Program-made: the position numbers and the translations under genes
Part shown: positions 30,952 through 41,621 of the stretch, in pieces
How the letters are laid out: every line of letters starts with the position of its first letter
Position numbering within the stretch: the first letter of the stretch is position 1
Origin: an uncultured bacterium
GTDB taxonomy: Bacteria > Actinomycetota > Acidimicrobiia > Spongiisociales > UBA5794
Length of the DNA stretch: 64,000 nt
Direction: 5' to 3'
Assembly: GCA_963801165.1 (NCBI GenBank)
Contig: CAWDDT010000009.1
Span: 1 to 64,000 of the forward strand
Notes under the pieces: generated by a model
Databases searched by the model: none
What the model saw: the letters and a program-made list of their open reading frames with translations, nothing else
What the model was told of the DNA's origin: nothing

Positions 30952-31854
30952 GTGACAAACCGACTGCCCGCGCCGCTCGTACTCATCCTGATCGTGTGCG
31001 CCTCTTGCGCAGGTGCGGCGGCCCCGGACGGCTCTACCGTGGTCGGCGTGTCGAGTACGAGTGCACCCGGTGAATCGCCCGGCGCCACAACCACTCAGCC
31101 GACCCAGGCGCCATCGCCACAGTCCACCGACGCGCCGACGACGACTACGACCGCGACCAGCACGACTACTACGACGACGACCACCGCGCCCGCCGCCCCG
31201 CTCGAGGGGGTGACGATCGTGCTCGATCCCGGGCACAACGGCATGAACTGGGCGCATCCCGACGAGATCAACGCTCTCGTCGATATCGGCACCATCACCA
31301 AGCCGTGCAACACAACCGGCACCGCAACGGCAGACGGGTTCCCCGAGGCCACGTTCAATTGGGAGGTGGCGCTCCTGACTCGCACGCGTCTCGAAGCGCT
31401 CGGAGCGACCGTGACGATGACCCGCCAGGACAATGAGGGATGGGGGCCGTGCATCACGGAACGGGCGGCGATTGGAAACCGCAGCGGAGCCGCCGCCGTC
31501 ATCTCGATCCATGCCGACGGTGGACCTGAGTCGGGCCGTGGGTTTCACGTGATTTATCCCAAGGTCGTCGCCGGATTGACCGATGACATTGCGGAGGATT
31601 CCCGGCGTCTGGCCACCGACATTCGGTCCGCCGTGATGACCACCGAGATGCCGATCGCCGACTACATAGGAGAGGACGGGTTCTCGGTGCGCGACGACCT
31701 CGGTGGATTGAACCTGTCGGACGTGCCTGTCATGTTCCTCGAAGCGGGCAACATGAAGAACGCCAGCGACGCTGCCCTGCTCACAGACCCGGACTTTCAA
31801 GCGAGCCTTGCCGACGCGCTGGTTGCCGGCCTGATCGAGTACCTCAGCAACTAA
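30952..31854 (+). CDS. N-acetylmuramoyl-L-alanine amidase (Amidase_3), exported
   Basis: IVLDPGHNG, EATFN, ISIHADG, FLEAGNM; Thr-rich linker. Confidence 0.93.
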   Translation: MTNRLPAPLVLILIVCASCAGAAAPDGSTVVGVSSTSAPGESPGATTTQPTQAPSPQSTDAPTTTTTATSTTTTTTTTAPAAPLEGVTIVLDPGHNGMNWAHPDEINALVDIGTITKPCNTTGTATADGFPEATFNWEVALLTRTRLEALGATVTMTRQDNEGWGPCITERAAIGNRSGAAAVISIHADGGPESGRGFHVIYPKVVAGLTDDIAEDSRRLATDIRSAVMTTEMPIADYIGEDGFSVRDDLGGLNLSDVPVMFLEAGNMKNASDAALLTDPDFQASLADALVAGLIEYLSN

Positions 31855-32008
31855 TCGGCGAATGCAGACGCAGGCGCAGCCGGCGCCGCCCCACTGGTCG
31901 AATCCGTTCATATGGTTCAGCTCCAGGCTCAACTTCAATAGGCGTTCAGAGTCGCTACGAGTCTGCGATACGTCAATCCGCGGTGGTGGGACTACCGTGA
32001 CCCGGATA

Positions 32009-32662
32009 ATGGGCAAGAGGTCATATCACGCACCGCGTCGTGACGAGCAGGCCCGGGAAACGAGGGCCGCGATGATCGGGGCCGCTCACCGGCTGTTCGT
32101 CGAAAGGGGTTATGCCGGCACCTCGATCCGTGAGATCGCCGACGAGTCGAGGGTTGCTGAACAGACCGTCTACCGGGTCTTCGACAACAAGGCAACGCTT
32201 CTCCGTGAGGTTCTGCTGACCGCGGTCTCGGGCCGGGACCCGGCTGCGCCGGTCCGCGACATGGACGACTTCCTGGCGTCGGTGGCGACGGCGCAAACGC
32301 CGCGCGACCGCATCCGGATAGTGGCATCTTGGAGCGCCGGCGTGTACGAGCGGGGGGCTGCCGAACTCGAGGAGGTGGTCTTCGCCGGAGCCGCGGCTGA
32401 CCCGAGGGTCGAGGAGTTGTCGCTATTCATCCGGCAGCAGCGCTACGAGGACATCAGGGCACTGGTACCGGCAGTAGCCGGTGACGCCGGCCCGCCTTTT
32501 GGTATGACTTTCGATGACATCGCCGATTACATCTATGCCGTCTGGTCGAGCCCCGTGTACCGGATGCTCGTCAAGGAGAGGGGATGGGCGCTCGACAAGT
32601 ACATCGATTGGTGCGCCGTAATGGTCGAGCGGATGTTCTTCGGCAATGTGGCGCAAAGCTGA
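32009..32662 (+). CDS. TetR family regulator
   Basis: LFVERGYAGTSIREIADESRVAEQTVYRVFDNK HTH. Confidence 0.92.
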   Translation: MGKRSYHAPRRDEQARETRAAMIGAAHRLFVERGYAGTSIREIADESRVAEQTVYRVFDNKATLLREVLLTAVSGRDPAAPVRDMDDFLASVATAQTPRDRIRIVASWSAGVYERGAAELEEVVFAGAAADPRVEELSLFIRQQRYEDIRALVPAVAGDAGPPFGMTFDDIADYIYAVWSSPVYRMLVKERGWALDKYIDWCAVMVERMFFGNVAQS

Positions 32663-32693
32663 GGCGTGCGTCGCGTCTGCGTGAGCCGGTCAA

Positions 32694-33260
32694 CTACCTG
32701 CCCGAGCCCTCGGTCGGGTAGTCGTACTTCTTTGGGTAGCCCAGGGCCCGGGCCAGTGGCCCCATGACGGCGAATCCCATCTTCTGGAGAAGCAGCGGGG
32801 GTTGGGTCGCGTAGAACGTATCGCTCCAGAACTGCGGGAGGACCCGCGACAGCCTCAGCACACTTTGCTTGCCTGTCGAGTCGACGAAGCCGAGTCGACC
32901 CAGCGCAAACATGGTCTCTAGCAGGTCAACCATTGCCAGCTGCGGTGATGCCTCGATCTCGAGGATCACGTCGGATTCTGATTCGTTCCAGAAGCAATGG
33001 CGTGTGCCCGGTGCGACCGTCAGCTTCTCCTCGGGTTGGAACACTCGACGTTGACCGTCGATCAAAGCGGTGAGGGTTCCGGAGGTCACGCAAAACGACT
33101 CCGACAGCTTGGGATGAACGTGCTCGCGTGGACCAGACGCTCCGGGTGCCAGGTGAAGTGTGAAACCCAACGATGATGCAGATGCCCCGAACGGCTGGTT
33201 GAAGGTGATCCTCTCGCCAGAGGTCGGGTTCTCGATTGTGTCTCCGGATCGGATCGACAT
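32694..33260 (-). CDS. Cupin domain protein
   Basis: GPREHVHPKLSESF and PGTRHCFWN motifs. Confidence 0.88.
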   Translation of the reverse strand: MSIRSGDTIENPTSGERITFNQPFGASASSLGFTLHLAPGASGPREHVHPKLSESFCVTSGTLTALIDGQRRVFQPEEKLTVAPGTRHCFWNESESDVILEIEASPQLAMVDLLETMFALGRLGFVDSTGKQSVLRLSRVLPQFWSDTFYATQPPLLLQKMGFAVMGPLARALGYPKKYDYPTEGSGR

Positions 33261-33291
33261 ACCCCCTCCTATAACGGTAGTTGTACTATTA

Positions 33292-33314
33292 TGACAGTAG
33301 GGACACTACTGTCA
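33292..33314. promoter_or_regulatory. Operator-like perfect inverted repeat
   Basis: TGACAGTAG-N5-CTACTGTCA upstream of the cupin gene. Confidence 0.6.
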
Positions 33315-33537
33315 ATAGGCTTTGAGATCCGTTGTTCGCCGGGTTGCGAACAAGAAGATCTCAAATTCATTACCAAGTCGAAGTCAGTTCACCGGATATT
33401 CGGCGGCCAGCCGGAAGAGGTCATTTGTCACCTTGACGTCGCATTGGATCCGGTCTTTGCCGGACGTCGAGCTGGGGTTCAGCTGCCGGCACGGTCCGCT
33501 CAATTCGGTTTGCTTGTGCAAAGACCGCGGTTGCGGG

Positions 33538-35076
33538 CTAGACGAGGGCGTGCTTTGCTGCCCACAACGCGGCGGCGCCACGGGTCGAGACCCCGATCTT
33601 TGTGTATATGTGCTCGATGTGGTGTGCAGTCGTCTTGGTCGAGATGACGAGCTCACCGGCGATTGCCTTGGCCGTATAACCGAGGGCGAGCAGCCGCAGT
33701 ACCTCGACCTCACGTGCCGTGAGGCCAGCGGGCCATTGCTTAGTGCGCTTGCGCCGGGTGCGATGGCCGGCAGCAGTGAGAACCGCCTCCACAGTGTCGG
33801 TCTCGAACGCCCCGGCACCGACCCGATCGCGGAGCTGAGCAGCGGCGACCGACGGTTCTTGTGCCGGCCGGTGCGACCTGGGTTGGGTGAGAGCCTGGTA
33901 GACGTCGGCGGCGGCGAGAATCCGCCCGGTGATCGGGAACTGCGCTCCGGCGACTCCACGGTGATAGCCCGATCCGTTGAGACGCTCGTGATGAAACGAA
34001 GCCAGCGAGCCCAGGTCGGCGAGAGGAGAGCCGGCAAGCGCCCGCTCGGTGCGGTACGGGTGCAAGCGGACCTGCTCCCACTCTGGATCGGTCAGCTCGC
34101 CCGGCTTGTCCCAGATCGAGTTGGGTACTCCGCAGCGACCGAGGTCGTGGACGAGGCCGGCACGTCGCACTGCAACGACATCATCCCGCCCGATACCGAG
34201 GTGCTCGGCCGCAGAGCCGGCGAGTTCTGCGACCGCACGGGAGTGCCCGACTGTGAACGGCGACTTCAGGTCGGCGAAATCGGCGAGCACCGTGAGCACG
34301 TCGTCGAGGCCCGCCGCAGGTACCGTCATATGGGGAGCAGGCTCGGCGTCGAGAAGAGCCTCCGGCCCGGATCGCTTGCCAAGCCGGTCGAGGATCTCCG
34401 CCCCTTCTGCGACAAAGGCGGCGGCAACGTTCGGGGCATAGGCACGGCCGGCGCGCCGCCGGGCCATCGCAAGTGCCGTCTCGGTGCCGGAACGGGCGAA
34501 CACCTCGAGCTCCTGTGCGGCATGAACGACGAGCATCGCATGCGGGATTGAATCCCCCGAGACGCCCCACGGCATCCCCCTGCCGTCCCATCGTTCGAAC
34601 GAGAAGTCGAGCGCCGCGGCGAGCCGAGGTTCGAGGCCGAGCCGCGTCACCAGTTCCCGTCCCACCTCGCAGCCGCCGCGAAAGCTGTCTGCGGCTGCAC
34701 GCTTTCCGCCCGCCAGGGCGCGGAGCACGCTTTGGATGCGGGCGGGGCCGCCGCGCTCTGTTCCTGCGTTGCGGATCATCCACCCAAGCACCGCTGGTGC
34801 TGAGCCGTAGTCGAGGGTGATCGCGTCGGCACGCGTTGCGATCTCGTCTCCGAAGAGTGAGGCGACTTCATGGGCGTGACCGGTGCAGCCAACGAAGCGA
34901 AGCTGACCCAGCCAATAGACGTCGGCCAGCTCCTCGCTCCCGGCGCCGAGCGCGCCCGCCAGTTCCATTGCGAGCAGAGTTGTGCGGGCCACGTGGTCAT
35001 CCGGCTGGCCGAAGCACAGGTCGATCGCTCTCGTGAGCGATGAGGTAATCGCGGCCAATCGAATAGACATCATCAT
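33538..35076 (-). CDS. HD-GYP domain plus LuxR HTH regulator
   Basis: HDLG, HHERLNGSGYHRG, AADVYQA; C-terminal LTAREVEVLRLLA HTH. Confidence 0.93.
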   Translation of the reverse strand: MMMSIRLAAITSSLTRAIDLCFGQPDDHVARTTLLAMELAGALGAGSEELADVYWLGQLRFVGCTGHAHEVASLFGDEIATRADAITLDYGSAPAVLGWMIRNAGTERGGPARIQSVLRALAGGKRAAADSFRGGCEVGRELVTRLGLEPRLAAALDFSFERWDGRGMPWGVSGDSIPHAMLVVHAAQELEVFARSGTETALAMARRRAGRAYAPNVAAAFVAEGAEILDRLGKRSGPEALLDAEPAPHMTVPAAGLDDVLTVLADFADLKSPFTVGHSRAVAELAGSAAEHLGIGRDDVVAVRRAGLVHDLGRCGVPNSIWDKPGELTDPEWEQVRLHPYRTERALAGSPLADLGSLASFHHERLNGSGYHRGVAGAQFPITGRILAAADVYQALTQPRSHRPAQEPSVAAAQLRDRVGAGAFETDTVEAVLTAAGHRTRRKRTKQWPAGLTAREVEVLRLLALGYTAKAIAGELVISTKTTAHHIEHIYTKIGVSTRGAAALWAAKHALV

Positions 35077-35210
35077 TCAGGCTACATCCGTCGTGGCCGG
35101 GGGCTCGTTGGTCAGGTCCGTGTCGGAAAATGGGGAGTTTGCCCGATGAACTGCGTCCCCAGGCACCTTACGGTCGACAGCGTCCATCCGAACTAGAGAG
35201 AGGATCAACC

Positions 35211-35651
35211 ATGGACAACCAGAACGTCGCCGTCGTACTCCGCTACTACGAGGCCTTCAATACGCGGGACTATGCGATCTATACCGAGCTGTTCGCACCC
35301 GACGCTGAGAAGCTCGTCCCCGGCATGCCGCAACCCGAGAAGGTGGGCATCGAGGGCATGGTCGCTTTCGATCGGGCTTTCGCCGAAGGCTTCTCCGATG
35401 CGCGCATCGACTGTCTGGTCACAATTGGCTCGGGAGATCATGTGATGAGCGAAAACCGATTCACGGGCACACACGACGGCACCTTTCACACACCTATGGG
35501 CGACGCTCCGGCGACCGGCAACCATGCGGACTCTCGCTACGTCGGAACCTTCCTCGTCCGCGACGGCCGCATTGTCTCGCACCATACGTATTTCGACCAG
35601 GCCGAGATGGCGGCGGGAGTCGGTCTTGCTCCCCCGCTGCCATCGCTGTGA
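35211..35651 (+). CDS. SnoaL-like ester cyclase
   Basis: YYEAFN, FTGTHDG, APATG, GRIVSHHTYFD. Confidence 0.85.
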   Translation: MDNQNVAVVLRYYEAFNTRDYAIYTELFAPDAEKLVPGMPQPEKVGIEGMVAFDRAFAEGFSDARIDCLVTIGSGDHVMSENRFTGTHDGTFHTPMGDAPATGNHADSRYVGTFLVRDGRIVSHHTYFDQAEMAAGVGLAPPLPSL

Positions 35652-35861
35652 CCGAGTCCGTCCGTGGCGTTGCGCCAAAGAGGCACCGCGGGATGGCGTC
35701 TGCCCTTTCGCCGCCGTTGTCGGGCGTCGCTGCGACCAATCCATGTCCAACTATTACTAGCAATAAATCTGTCGTGTGAGCGAGCACCGAGGGAATCCGC
35801 GTCGTATAGTGGAATAGTAAATGACTGTACATTTACATAAGTTCGGTTCTTCAGATTGGAC

Positions 35862-36350
35862 ATGCGCATGTTTCGAAGAATCACCTCCGCCATCGCTACC
35901 GTTGCCCTGATCGCCTTCTTCGTGGCCGCTTGCTCCAGCGACTCGACCACGACGACGACAACAGCCGCAGCATCGTCGACGACTGCAGCCAATGCCTCGG
36001 GAACGATCACCGTCACCCTGGCCGATGTTGATGCCAATACCATGCTGCTCACTCCTACCCCAACTAGTGCGCCCGCCGGCGAGGTGACGTTTGAGGTCAC
36101 CAACAGCGGCGACAGGGAGCACGAGTTCGTTGTCGTCCAGACCGACCTGGCTCTGGCTGATCTCCCCTTCGACGCGGCGGCTGACGAGGTCCTCGAGGAC
36201 GAAATGACGGTCGTCGATGAGATCGGAAGCATCATGCCGGGCGAGACCAAGACTCTCACCGTGACCCTGGAGTCAGGGGGCTATGCCTTGATCTGCAACC
36301 TCGAGGGCCACTTCCGCAAGGGAATGCGGGCAGCCTTCACCGTCAACTAG
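35862..36350 (+). CDS. Cupredoxin (blue copper) lipoprotein
   Basis: VAAC lipobox; HEF...CNLEGHFRKGM type-1 copper ligands. Confidence 0.88.
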   Translation: MRMFRRITSAIATVALIAFFVAACSSDSTTTTTTAAASSTTAANASGTITVTLADVDANTMLLTPTPTSAPAGEVTFEVTNSGDREHEFVVVQTDLALADLPFDAAADEVLEDEMTVVDEIGSIMPGETKTLTVTLESGGYALICNLEGHFRKGMRAAFTVN

Positions 36351-36437
36351 GGGGGCGTTCATTTCGGTGGCCGGCTCGTCCGTGGCCACCGTGCGGAAGC
36401 AGGTTGGGAGGCGTTTCTCATCACGACAGCACGCACG

Positions 36438-36650
36438 ATGAAGTGGGGGCAGGGCGCTGCTTGGGCGCTTGTCATCTTCGCCTATTTCGCCGTGTTCACC
36501 GTGTGGTTGCCTTCGCGAATCCTCCACCTGTCTGCTGTTGCGAGCGCCCCGGCGGCGATTCACGATCTCATCGGAGCGGGGGCCTGGCTCGCTCTCTTCG
36601 TCATCGGGATGTGGGCACTGCGCCGCCTGCAGTCGAGAGGTCGGATCTGA
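36438..36650 (+). CDS. Small two-TM membrane protein
   Basis: 70 aa; stop overlaps start of next gene. Confidence 0.65.
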   Translation: MKWGQGAAWALVIFAYFAVFTVWLPSRILHLSAVASAPAAIHDLIGAGAWLALFVIGMWALRRLQSRGRI

Positions 36651-38434
36651 TGAAGGCGTTGAGCTTCTTCGACGAGAACATCCCGTGCCTCGCGGCATGC
36701 CCTGTGCACACCAATGCAGGGGCATACGTCGCGGCGATTGCCGACGGGTACGACCAACAGTCATACCTGACCGCCCGGCTCCCCAACCCGTTTGCATCTG
36801 TTTGCGGCCGGGTCTGCGCCGCCCCCTGTGAAGATGCGTGCCGGCGAGGAGAGATCGACCGTCCGATCGCCATCCGTGCGTTGAAGAGATTCGTTACCGA
36901 GCAGTACGGGGTAGAAGCAGGACCCGACTCGGAGTGGGGCGACGTCGTTGCCGCTCCCGCCCAGGAGAGACGCGAGCGCGTCGCCATCGTGGGTGGTGGC
37001 CCGGCCGGCCTATCGGCGGCCCACGACCTGCGACGCATCGGCTATCAGGTCACACTCTTTGAAGCCGCGGGGGTGCTGGGGGGAATGATGGTTCTGGGGA
37101 TCCCCGAGTATCGGCTCGATCGGAGACTCCTGCACGCAGAGATCGATGCCATCCTCGCGCTCGGTGTGGACGTTCGGCTGAGTACCCGTCTTGGCACCGA
37201 CGTCACCCTCGATGAGTTGCGCGATGACTACGACGCCGTCTTCCTGGCTCTCGGGGCGACCCGGGGCAGGGATCTCGACATCGAAGGCCACCAGGCAGAC
37301 GGGGTGATCCGTGCGTTGGAATTCCTGATCAACATCAACCAGGGCTTCCACGTCGACGTCGGCGAGCGGGTGGTCGTCATCGGCGGCGGCAACGTTGCAA
37401 TGGACGCGGCCAGGACGGCTCTGCGGGCCGACGAATACCTGACCATGCGTGAGGGTGCGGATCGATACGAAGCCCGCGAGGAGCGCGGCCTCATCACCCA
37501 AGCCGTGGACGCGGCGCGAACCGCCGTGCGCGCAGGCGCTCACGAGGTCACGGTGGTATCACTCGAGTCGCAGGCAGAGATGCCCGCCGATGAGTTCGAA
37601 GTCCACGAGGCAGCGGTGGAGGGTATCGACTTCCTCCACAGAAGGGGCCCGTCCCGGATCCTGACCGAAGGAGATGTCGTCGTGGGTTTAGAAACCATCG
37701 GTGTCAAGTCGGTCTTCGATACGAGCGGTCGGTTTGCCCCGGTGTTCGATCCGGATGACCGGAGGGTGATCCCGTGCGATACGGTGATCCTCGCCATCGG
37801 ACAATCAGTTGACATTGAGGCTCTCGGAGAGGCAGGGCCCGTGATCTCGCCGCGCCGCACGATTCAAACGAACGATGATTCGAGCACGTCGTTGCACGGG
37901 GTTTGGGCCGGCGGTGACGCCGCAGCCGGGCCGCGCAACTTGATCGATGCGATCGCAGATGGCCGTCGCGCGGCCGCGGCGATCCATACACAGCTCAGCG
38001 GCGCCGAAGCCGAAAAGCCGGCCGAGGGTCAGATGATCGTTCTGGAGCAGTTCCACCGCACCGAGGACCTCTACGATCGGGTGCCGCGCACGCCCGTGCC
38101 CTCTCTTCCTACGGGTCGTCGCGTCGGTCTGCGCGAGGTCGAGCTCGGGTTCACGGAAGCGGAAGCTCGCTGCGAGGCTGCGCGGTGTCTGCGCTGTTTC
38201 GTCAACGTGTTGCTCGATGTCGATCGGTGCGTGCTTTGCGGCCTGTGCGTCGATGTGTGTCCCGTCGACGTCTTATCGATTGTGCCCGCCGCCGAGGTTG
38301 CGCCTGACCTTCCCGTGGGCACCGCTCTGCTTCTGGATGAGGTTGCGTGTATCCGCTGCGCCCTGTGCATCGACCGATGTCCAACTAACGCACTGTCGAT
38401 GGGTTTGTGGTCGGGAATCGGGGTGCCGGCGTGA
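36650..38434 (+). CDS. GltD/SudA-like FAD/NAD(P)H oxidoreductase with C-terminal 2x[4Fe-4S] domain
   Basis: CLAACP, CGRVCAAPCEDAC, GGGPAG, GGGNVA, EAARCLRC, CVLCGLCVDVCP, CIRCALCIDRCP. Confidence 0.9.
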   Translation: MKALSFFDENIPCLAACPVHTNAGAYVAAIADGYDQQSYLTARLPNPFASVCGRVCAAPCEDACRRGEIDRPIAIRALKRFVTEQYGVEAGPDSEWGDVVAAPAQERRERVAIVGGGPAGLSAAHDLRRIGYQVTLFEAAGVLGGMMVLGIPEYRLDRRLLHAEIDAILALGVDVRLSTRLGTDVTLDELRDDYDAVFLALGATRGRDLDIEGHQADGVIRALEFLININQGFHVDVGERVVVIGGGNVAMDAARTALRADEYLTMREGADRYEAREERGLITQAVDAARTAVRAGAHEVTVVSLESQAEMPADEFEVHEAAVEGIDFLHRRGPSRILTEGDVVVGLETIGVKSVFDTSGRFAPVFDPDDRRVIPCDTVILAIGQSVDIEALGEAGPVISPRRTIQTNDDSSTSLHGVWAGGDAAAGPRNLIDAIADGRRAAAAIHTQLSGAEAEKPAEGQMIVLEQFHRTEDLYDRVPRTPVPSLPTGRRVGLREVELGFTEAEARCEAARCLRCFVNVLLDVDRCVLCGLCVDVCPVDVLSIVPAAEVAPDLPVGTALLLDEVACIRCALCIDRCPTNALSMGLWSGIGVPA

Positions 38435-39165
38435 GCATGGGCAGTCGCTTCCGCAACAGCACATTGGGCAGGTCCATCATCCGCAACCCCGACAGGGTGA
38501 CGACCCGTGATCGGGCCGCAGGCCACTGGTCAAACTTCTTCCTCCACATCTACCCGGTGAAGATTCGGCGAGAAGAGCTGGCTTTCAAGTATTCCTGGTA
38601 CCTGGGGGTGGCGTCGGCCACGCTCTTCATCTCGCTCATCGTCTCCGGTGTCTATTTGATGTTCTTCTATGTGCCATCGCCGGGCACGGCATACGGGGAC
38701 ATCCAATCCCTCCAGACGCAGGTCGCTTTCGGGCAGTACATCCGCAACGTGCATCGCTGGTCGGCGCACCTCATGATCATCGCGGTCGCGGCGCACATGG
38801 CCAGGGTGTTCTACCGCGGGGCCTACAAGTCGCCACGGGAGTTCAACTGGGTGATCGGCGTCGTGCTGCTGGTTCTCACTTTCTTGTTCTCTTTCACCGG
38901 GTATCTCCTGCCCTGGGATCAGCTGGCCTACTGGGCGGTCACGGTGGGAACGTCGATGGCCGCATACGTGCCGCTTGTCGGTAAGTCCGCCTCGAATATG
39001 CTCCTTGGAGGCAACGAGGTGGGCTCGGCGACGCTCCTTCGCTTCTACGTGCTCCACGTCGCGGTGTTGCCCACCCTCATGGTCACATTGATTGCGATCC
39101 ACCTATGGCGCTGGCGCAAGGATTCCATGCTCGACACGGGCGGGCAAGATCGGGGAGAGTCCTGA
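38431..39165 (+). CDS. Cytochrome b N-terminal subunit (b6-like, 4 TM)
   Basis: RNVHRWSAHLM..AHMARV, TGYLLPWDQ, RFYVLH..IH heme ligands. Confidence 0.93.
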   Translation: MSMGSRFRNSTLGRSIIRNPDRVTTRDRAAGHWSNFFLHIYPVKIRREELAFKYSWYLGVASATLFISLIVSGVYLMFFYVPSPGTAYGDIQSLQTQVAFGQYIRNVHRWSAHLMIIAVAAHMARVFYRGAYKSPREFNWVIGVVLLVLTFLFSFTGYLLPWDQLAYWAVTVGTSMAAYVPLVGKSASNMLLGGNEVGSATLLRFYVLHVAVLPTLMVTLIAIHLWRWRKDSMLDTGGQDRGES

Positions 39166-39686
39166 TGGCCGACGAACAGCCGATCATCGTCGGGGGCAAG
39201 CGGGTTCTCGGGGTCGTCCCCGGAACGCCCGCGGCGGGCGATCGGAAGGTGCCGGAAGAGCAGGACTCGGTGATGGTATGGCCGCACCTTCTCGTGCGCC
39301 ACGCGGTGACAGCTCTTGCGGTGCTCTTCCTGGTGTTGTTGTTGGCCCTTGCCTTCGATGCACCTTTGCGGTCCATCGCCAACCCGAACCTGACGCCGAA
39401 CCCGGAGAAGGCCCCCTGGTACTTTGCGGGCCTTCAGGAGCTCCTGAGCCATTTCCATCCCATGGTGGCAGGCATCCTCGTTCCGGCAGGCATCGTTGTA
39501 GGTGCCATGGCGCTCCCTTATCTCGATAGGAGCCCGGAGACGAGCCCACGTCGTCGCAAGGTTGCCGTCCTGACATTCACGGTCTTCCTTGCTGCCTGGA
39601 TTGCGATCACGCTCATCGGCTTTGCCTTCAGGGGCCCGGACTGGAGCTGGGTATGGCCGTGGCAATCGTGGTATGGAGAGTTATGA
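39165..39686 (+). CDS. Cytochrome b C-terminal subunit (subunit IV-like)
   Basis: WPHLL, ANPNLTPNPEKAPWYF (PEWY-equivalent), LPYLDR. Confidence 0.9.
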   Translation: MADEQPIIVGGKRVLGVVPGTPAAGDRKVPEEQDSVMVWPHLLVRHAVTALAVLFLVLLLALAFDAPLRSIANPNLTPNPEKAPWYFAGLQELLSHFHPMVAGILVPAGIVVGAMALPYLDRSPETSPRRRKVAVLTFTVFLAAWIAITLIGFAFRGPDWSWVWPWQSWYGEL

Positions 39687-40192
39687 CTGAGCAACAACTC
39701 CACACGAGAAGAGCGTTTCTCTCCCGGATGTGGGAGATCGGCGCATCACTCATGGCTGTGGCCGGTGCGTGGACGACGTGGGACATCCTGCGCCCGTCGG
39801 CTTCGGCGAGCCAATCCGGGCCGGTGCGGACCATCCCTGCCGCGGCGGTGCCCGGCACCGGCGTGATTGAAATCGCAGCCGCACGAGCGTACTTGACCAA
39901 GGAGGGAGACGCAGTTGTCGCTCTGTCGTGGAAGTGCCCCCATCTCGGGTGTCGCGTGCCGTGGTGTGACTCGTCGCAGGAGTTCGAGTGCCCGTGCCAT
40001 GGCTCGATCTTCAATCGAGTGGGCGAGCGCCGGGAGGGGCCTGCGCCGCGAGGAATGGATAGGTTTGCGGTTACCACAGAGGACGGGGTACTCGTCATCG
40101 ATCCCAACACGGTGATCAGCGGCCCACCACCGGGAAAAGAGACCATCGACGAGCCTCCCGCGGGCCCGCGATGTGTGGGAGGGGGTTCCTGA
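39683..40192 (+). CDS. Rieske [2Fe-2S] protein
   Basis: TRRAFL Tat motif, CPHLGC and CPCHGS boxes. Confidence 0.95.
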   Translation: MTEQQLHTRRAFLSRMWEIGASLMAVAGAWTTWDILRPSASASQSGPVRTIPAAAVPGTGVIEIAAARAYLTKEGDAVVALSWKCPHLGCRVPWCDSSQEFECPCHGSIFNRVGERREGPAPRGMDRFAVTTEDGVLVIDPNTVISGPPPGKETIDEPPAGPRCVGGGS

Positions 40193-40641
40193 TGGCTGAG
40201 CACGTCGACCCCGAACTGGAAGCGTCGACGCGGCGATGGATGCAGGCGGGCGTCGTGCTGATGGTTCTCTTTGCGGTCGCGTTTCCCCTTTATCGGTTCT
40301 ATGAGCCCGAGGCGCGGGCCGCGGCGAGGGACCGCCAACTTGCTGATCTTCAGGCCGAGGGGCAGAACGTATACCTGGACAGTTGCAGCTCGTGCCATGG
40401 ATCGGACGGTGAAGGGGTGGATGCCCCCGCGCTCAACTCGAAACAGTTCCTGACCGATGCGACCCATAGCCAGATCGCATCCATCGCAGCCCACGGTATC
40501 CCAGGATCTGAGATGCCGGCATGGAGTGTCGACTACGGTGGCCCGCTGACTTCGGAACAGATCGATGCGGCGGCAAGCTTCATCGAGTCGTGGAAACCCA
40601 ACGCGCCTGATCGGCCTGACTGGCGAACGATCGGGGAGTGA
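40192..40641 (+). CDS. Membrane-anchored monoheme cytochrome c
   Basis: TM helix, CSSCH, MPAW. Confidence 0.92.
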   Translation: MAEHVDPELEASTRRWMQAGVVLMVLFAVAFPLYRFYEPEARAAARDRQLADLQAEGQNVYLDSCSSCHGSDGEGVDAPALNSKQFLTDATHSQIASIAAHGIPGSEMPAWSVDYGGPLTSEQIDAAASFIESWKPNAPDRPDWRTIGE

Positions 40642-40656
40642 CGCAAAAGCTCCTTC

Positions 40657-41587
40657 TCAGCGGGGGTCTAGAGCTCTTGTGAGGGTGGAGATGATCGTGG
40701 CGGGCTCATCGAGCACCTGACGCCAGGTGAATCGGTAGACGGTCCATCCCAACGCATGAGCCCGGTTCTGCTTCGCCTATCGCCCTGGAATGTCTCCCGG
40801 TCCATGTGATACCGCTCTCCATCCAGCTCGATCAGCACCCGCTGCTGCGGATATGCGAAATCAGCACGGCATACGATCCTCGACCCATCACGAACCCGAT
40901 ACTGGGCCACCGGCAGCGGCAGGTAGGAGGCAGCGATCAGCCGCTGGAAGCGATCCTCGAGCACACTCTCGGATACCGTGTCCCAGCCGGTTCGCTCGTC
41001 CAGCAGGGGGCGGATCTTCCCAATGCCGTTACGGTCGGATTTGGCGACACGGCTGACGAACGTCTTGACGTCGCCGAGTTGGAACAGCCCGAGACGGAGA
41101 CCGGTATCCAAACAATGCTCAACATATCGAAGGGAAGCGGTGGCGCCAACGTCCACCACTGTTCTCACAGCTGCTGTCGTCGGGATTCCATCGACAGTCA
41201 CCACGTCGTCTGGTTCGAGGTCCTTGGACTCGTGGATCTGGGGGTGTCTGCGGTGGATTCGTTGATGACGGACGGTGACAATCTCAGCCGGCTCCGGCTC
41301 GATGGACGACATTCCCCAAAGGAACGCTGCGGTCTTGTGCGACGCGGCAGCGAGACCCGGCACAGACAGCACAAGAGCAGTGGCCTCCCGACGCCAGCTC
41401 GCCGGTGTACCGGGGAAGGCGAAGACGGAAGGCTGGAGCCGGGCGAGTGCGCCGCGGCGACGCGCTTGTCGAGCGTCGATCTGCCGATTCCCGCATCGCA
41501 GGCCTGATTGAGAGAGAAGACGCCGTGCTGCCGGGCGGCGATATCTGCGAGCAGTTGGTCGAGGTTTGACACCTTCGAGGGTCGCAC
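40657..41587 (-). pseudogene. AbiEi-like N-terminus plus DUF559 endonuclease, two frameshifts
   Basis: IAARQHGVFS N-terminus; ADFAYP..LIELDGERYH; repaired tail QNRAHALGWTVYRFTW. Confidence 0.8.
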
Positions 41588-41621
41588 AACAGCAACCCGT
41601 TTCGACCCCCCTGCCGCTTTG

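Noticed and set aside
31125-31190. ACG/ACT trinucleotide tract
   Set aside because: It encodes an ordinary Thr-rich linker of the amidase.
33330-33530. Possible gene tail downstream of the HD-GYP gene
   Set aside because: No recognisable family or start codon.
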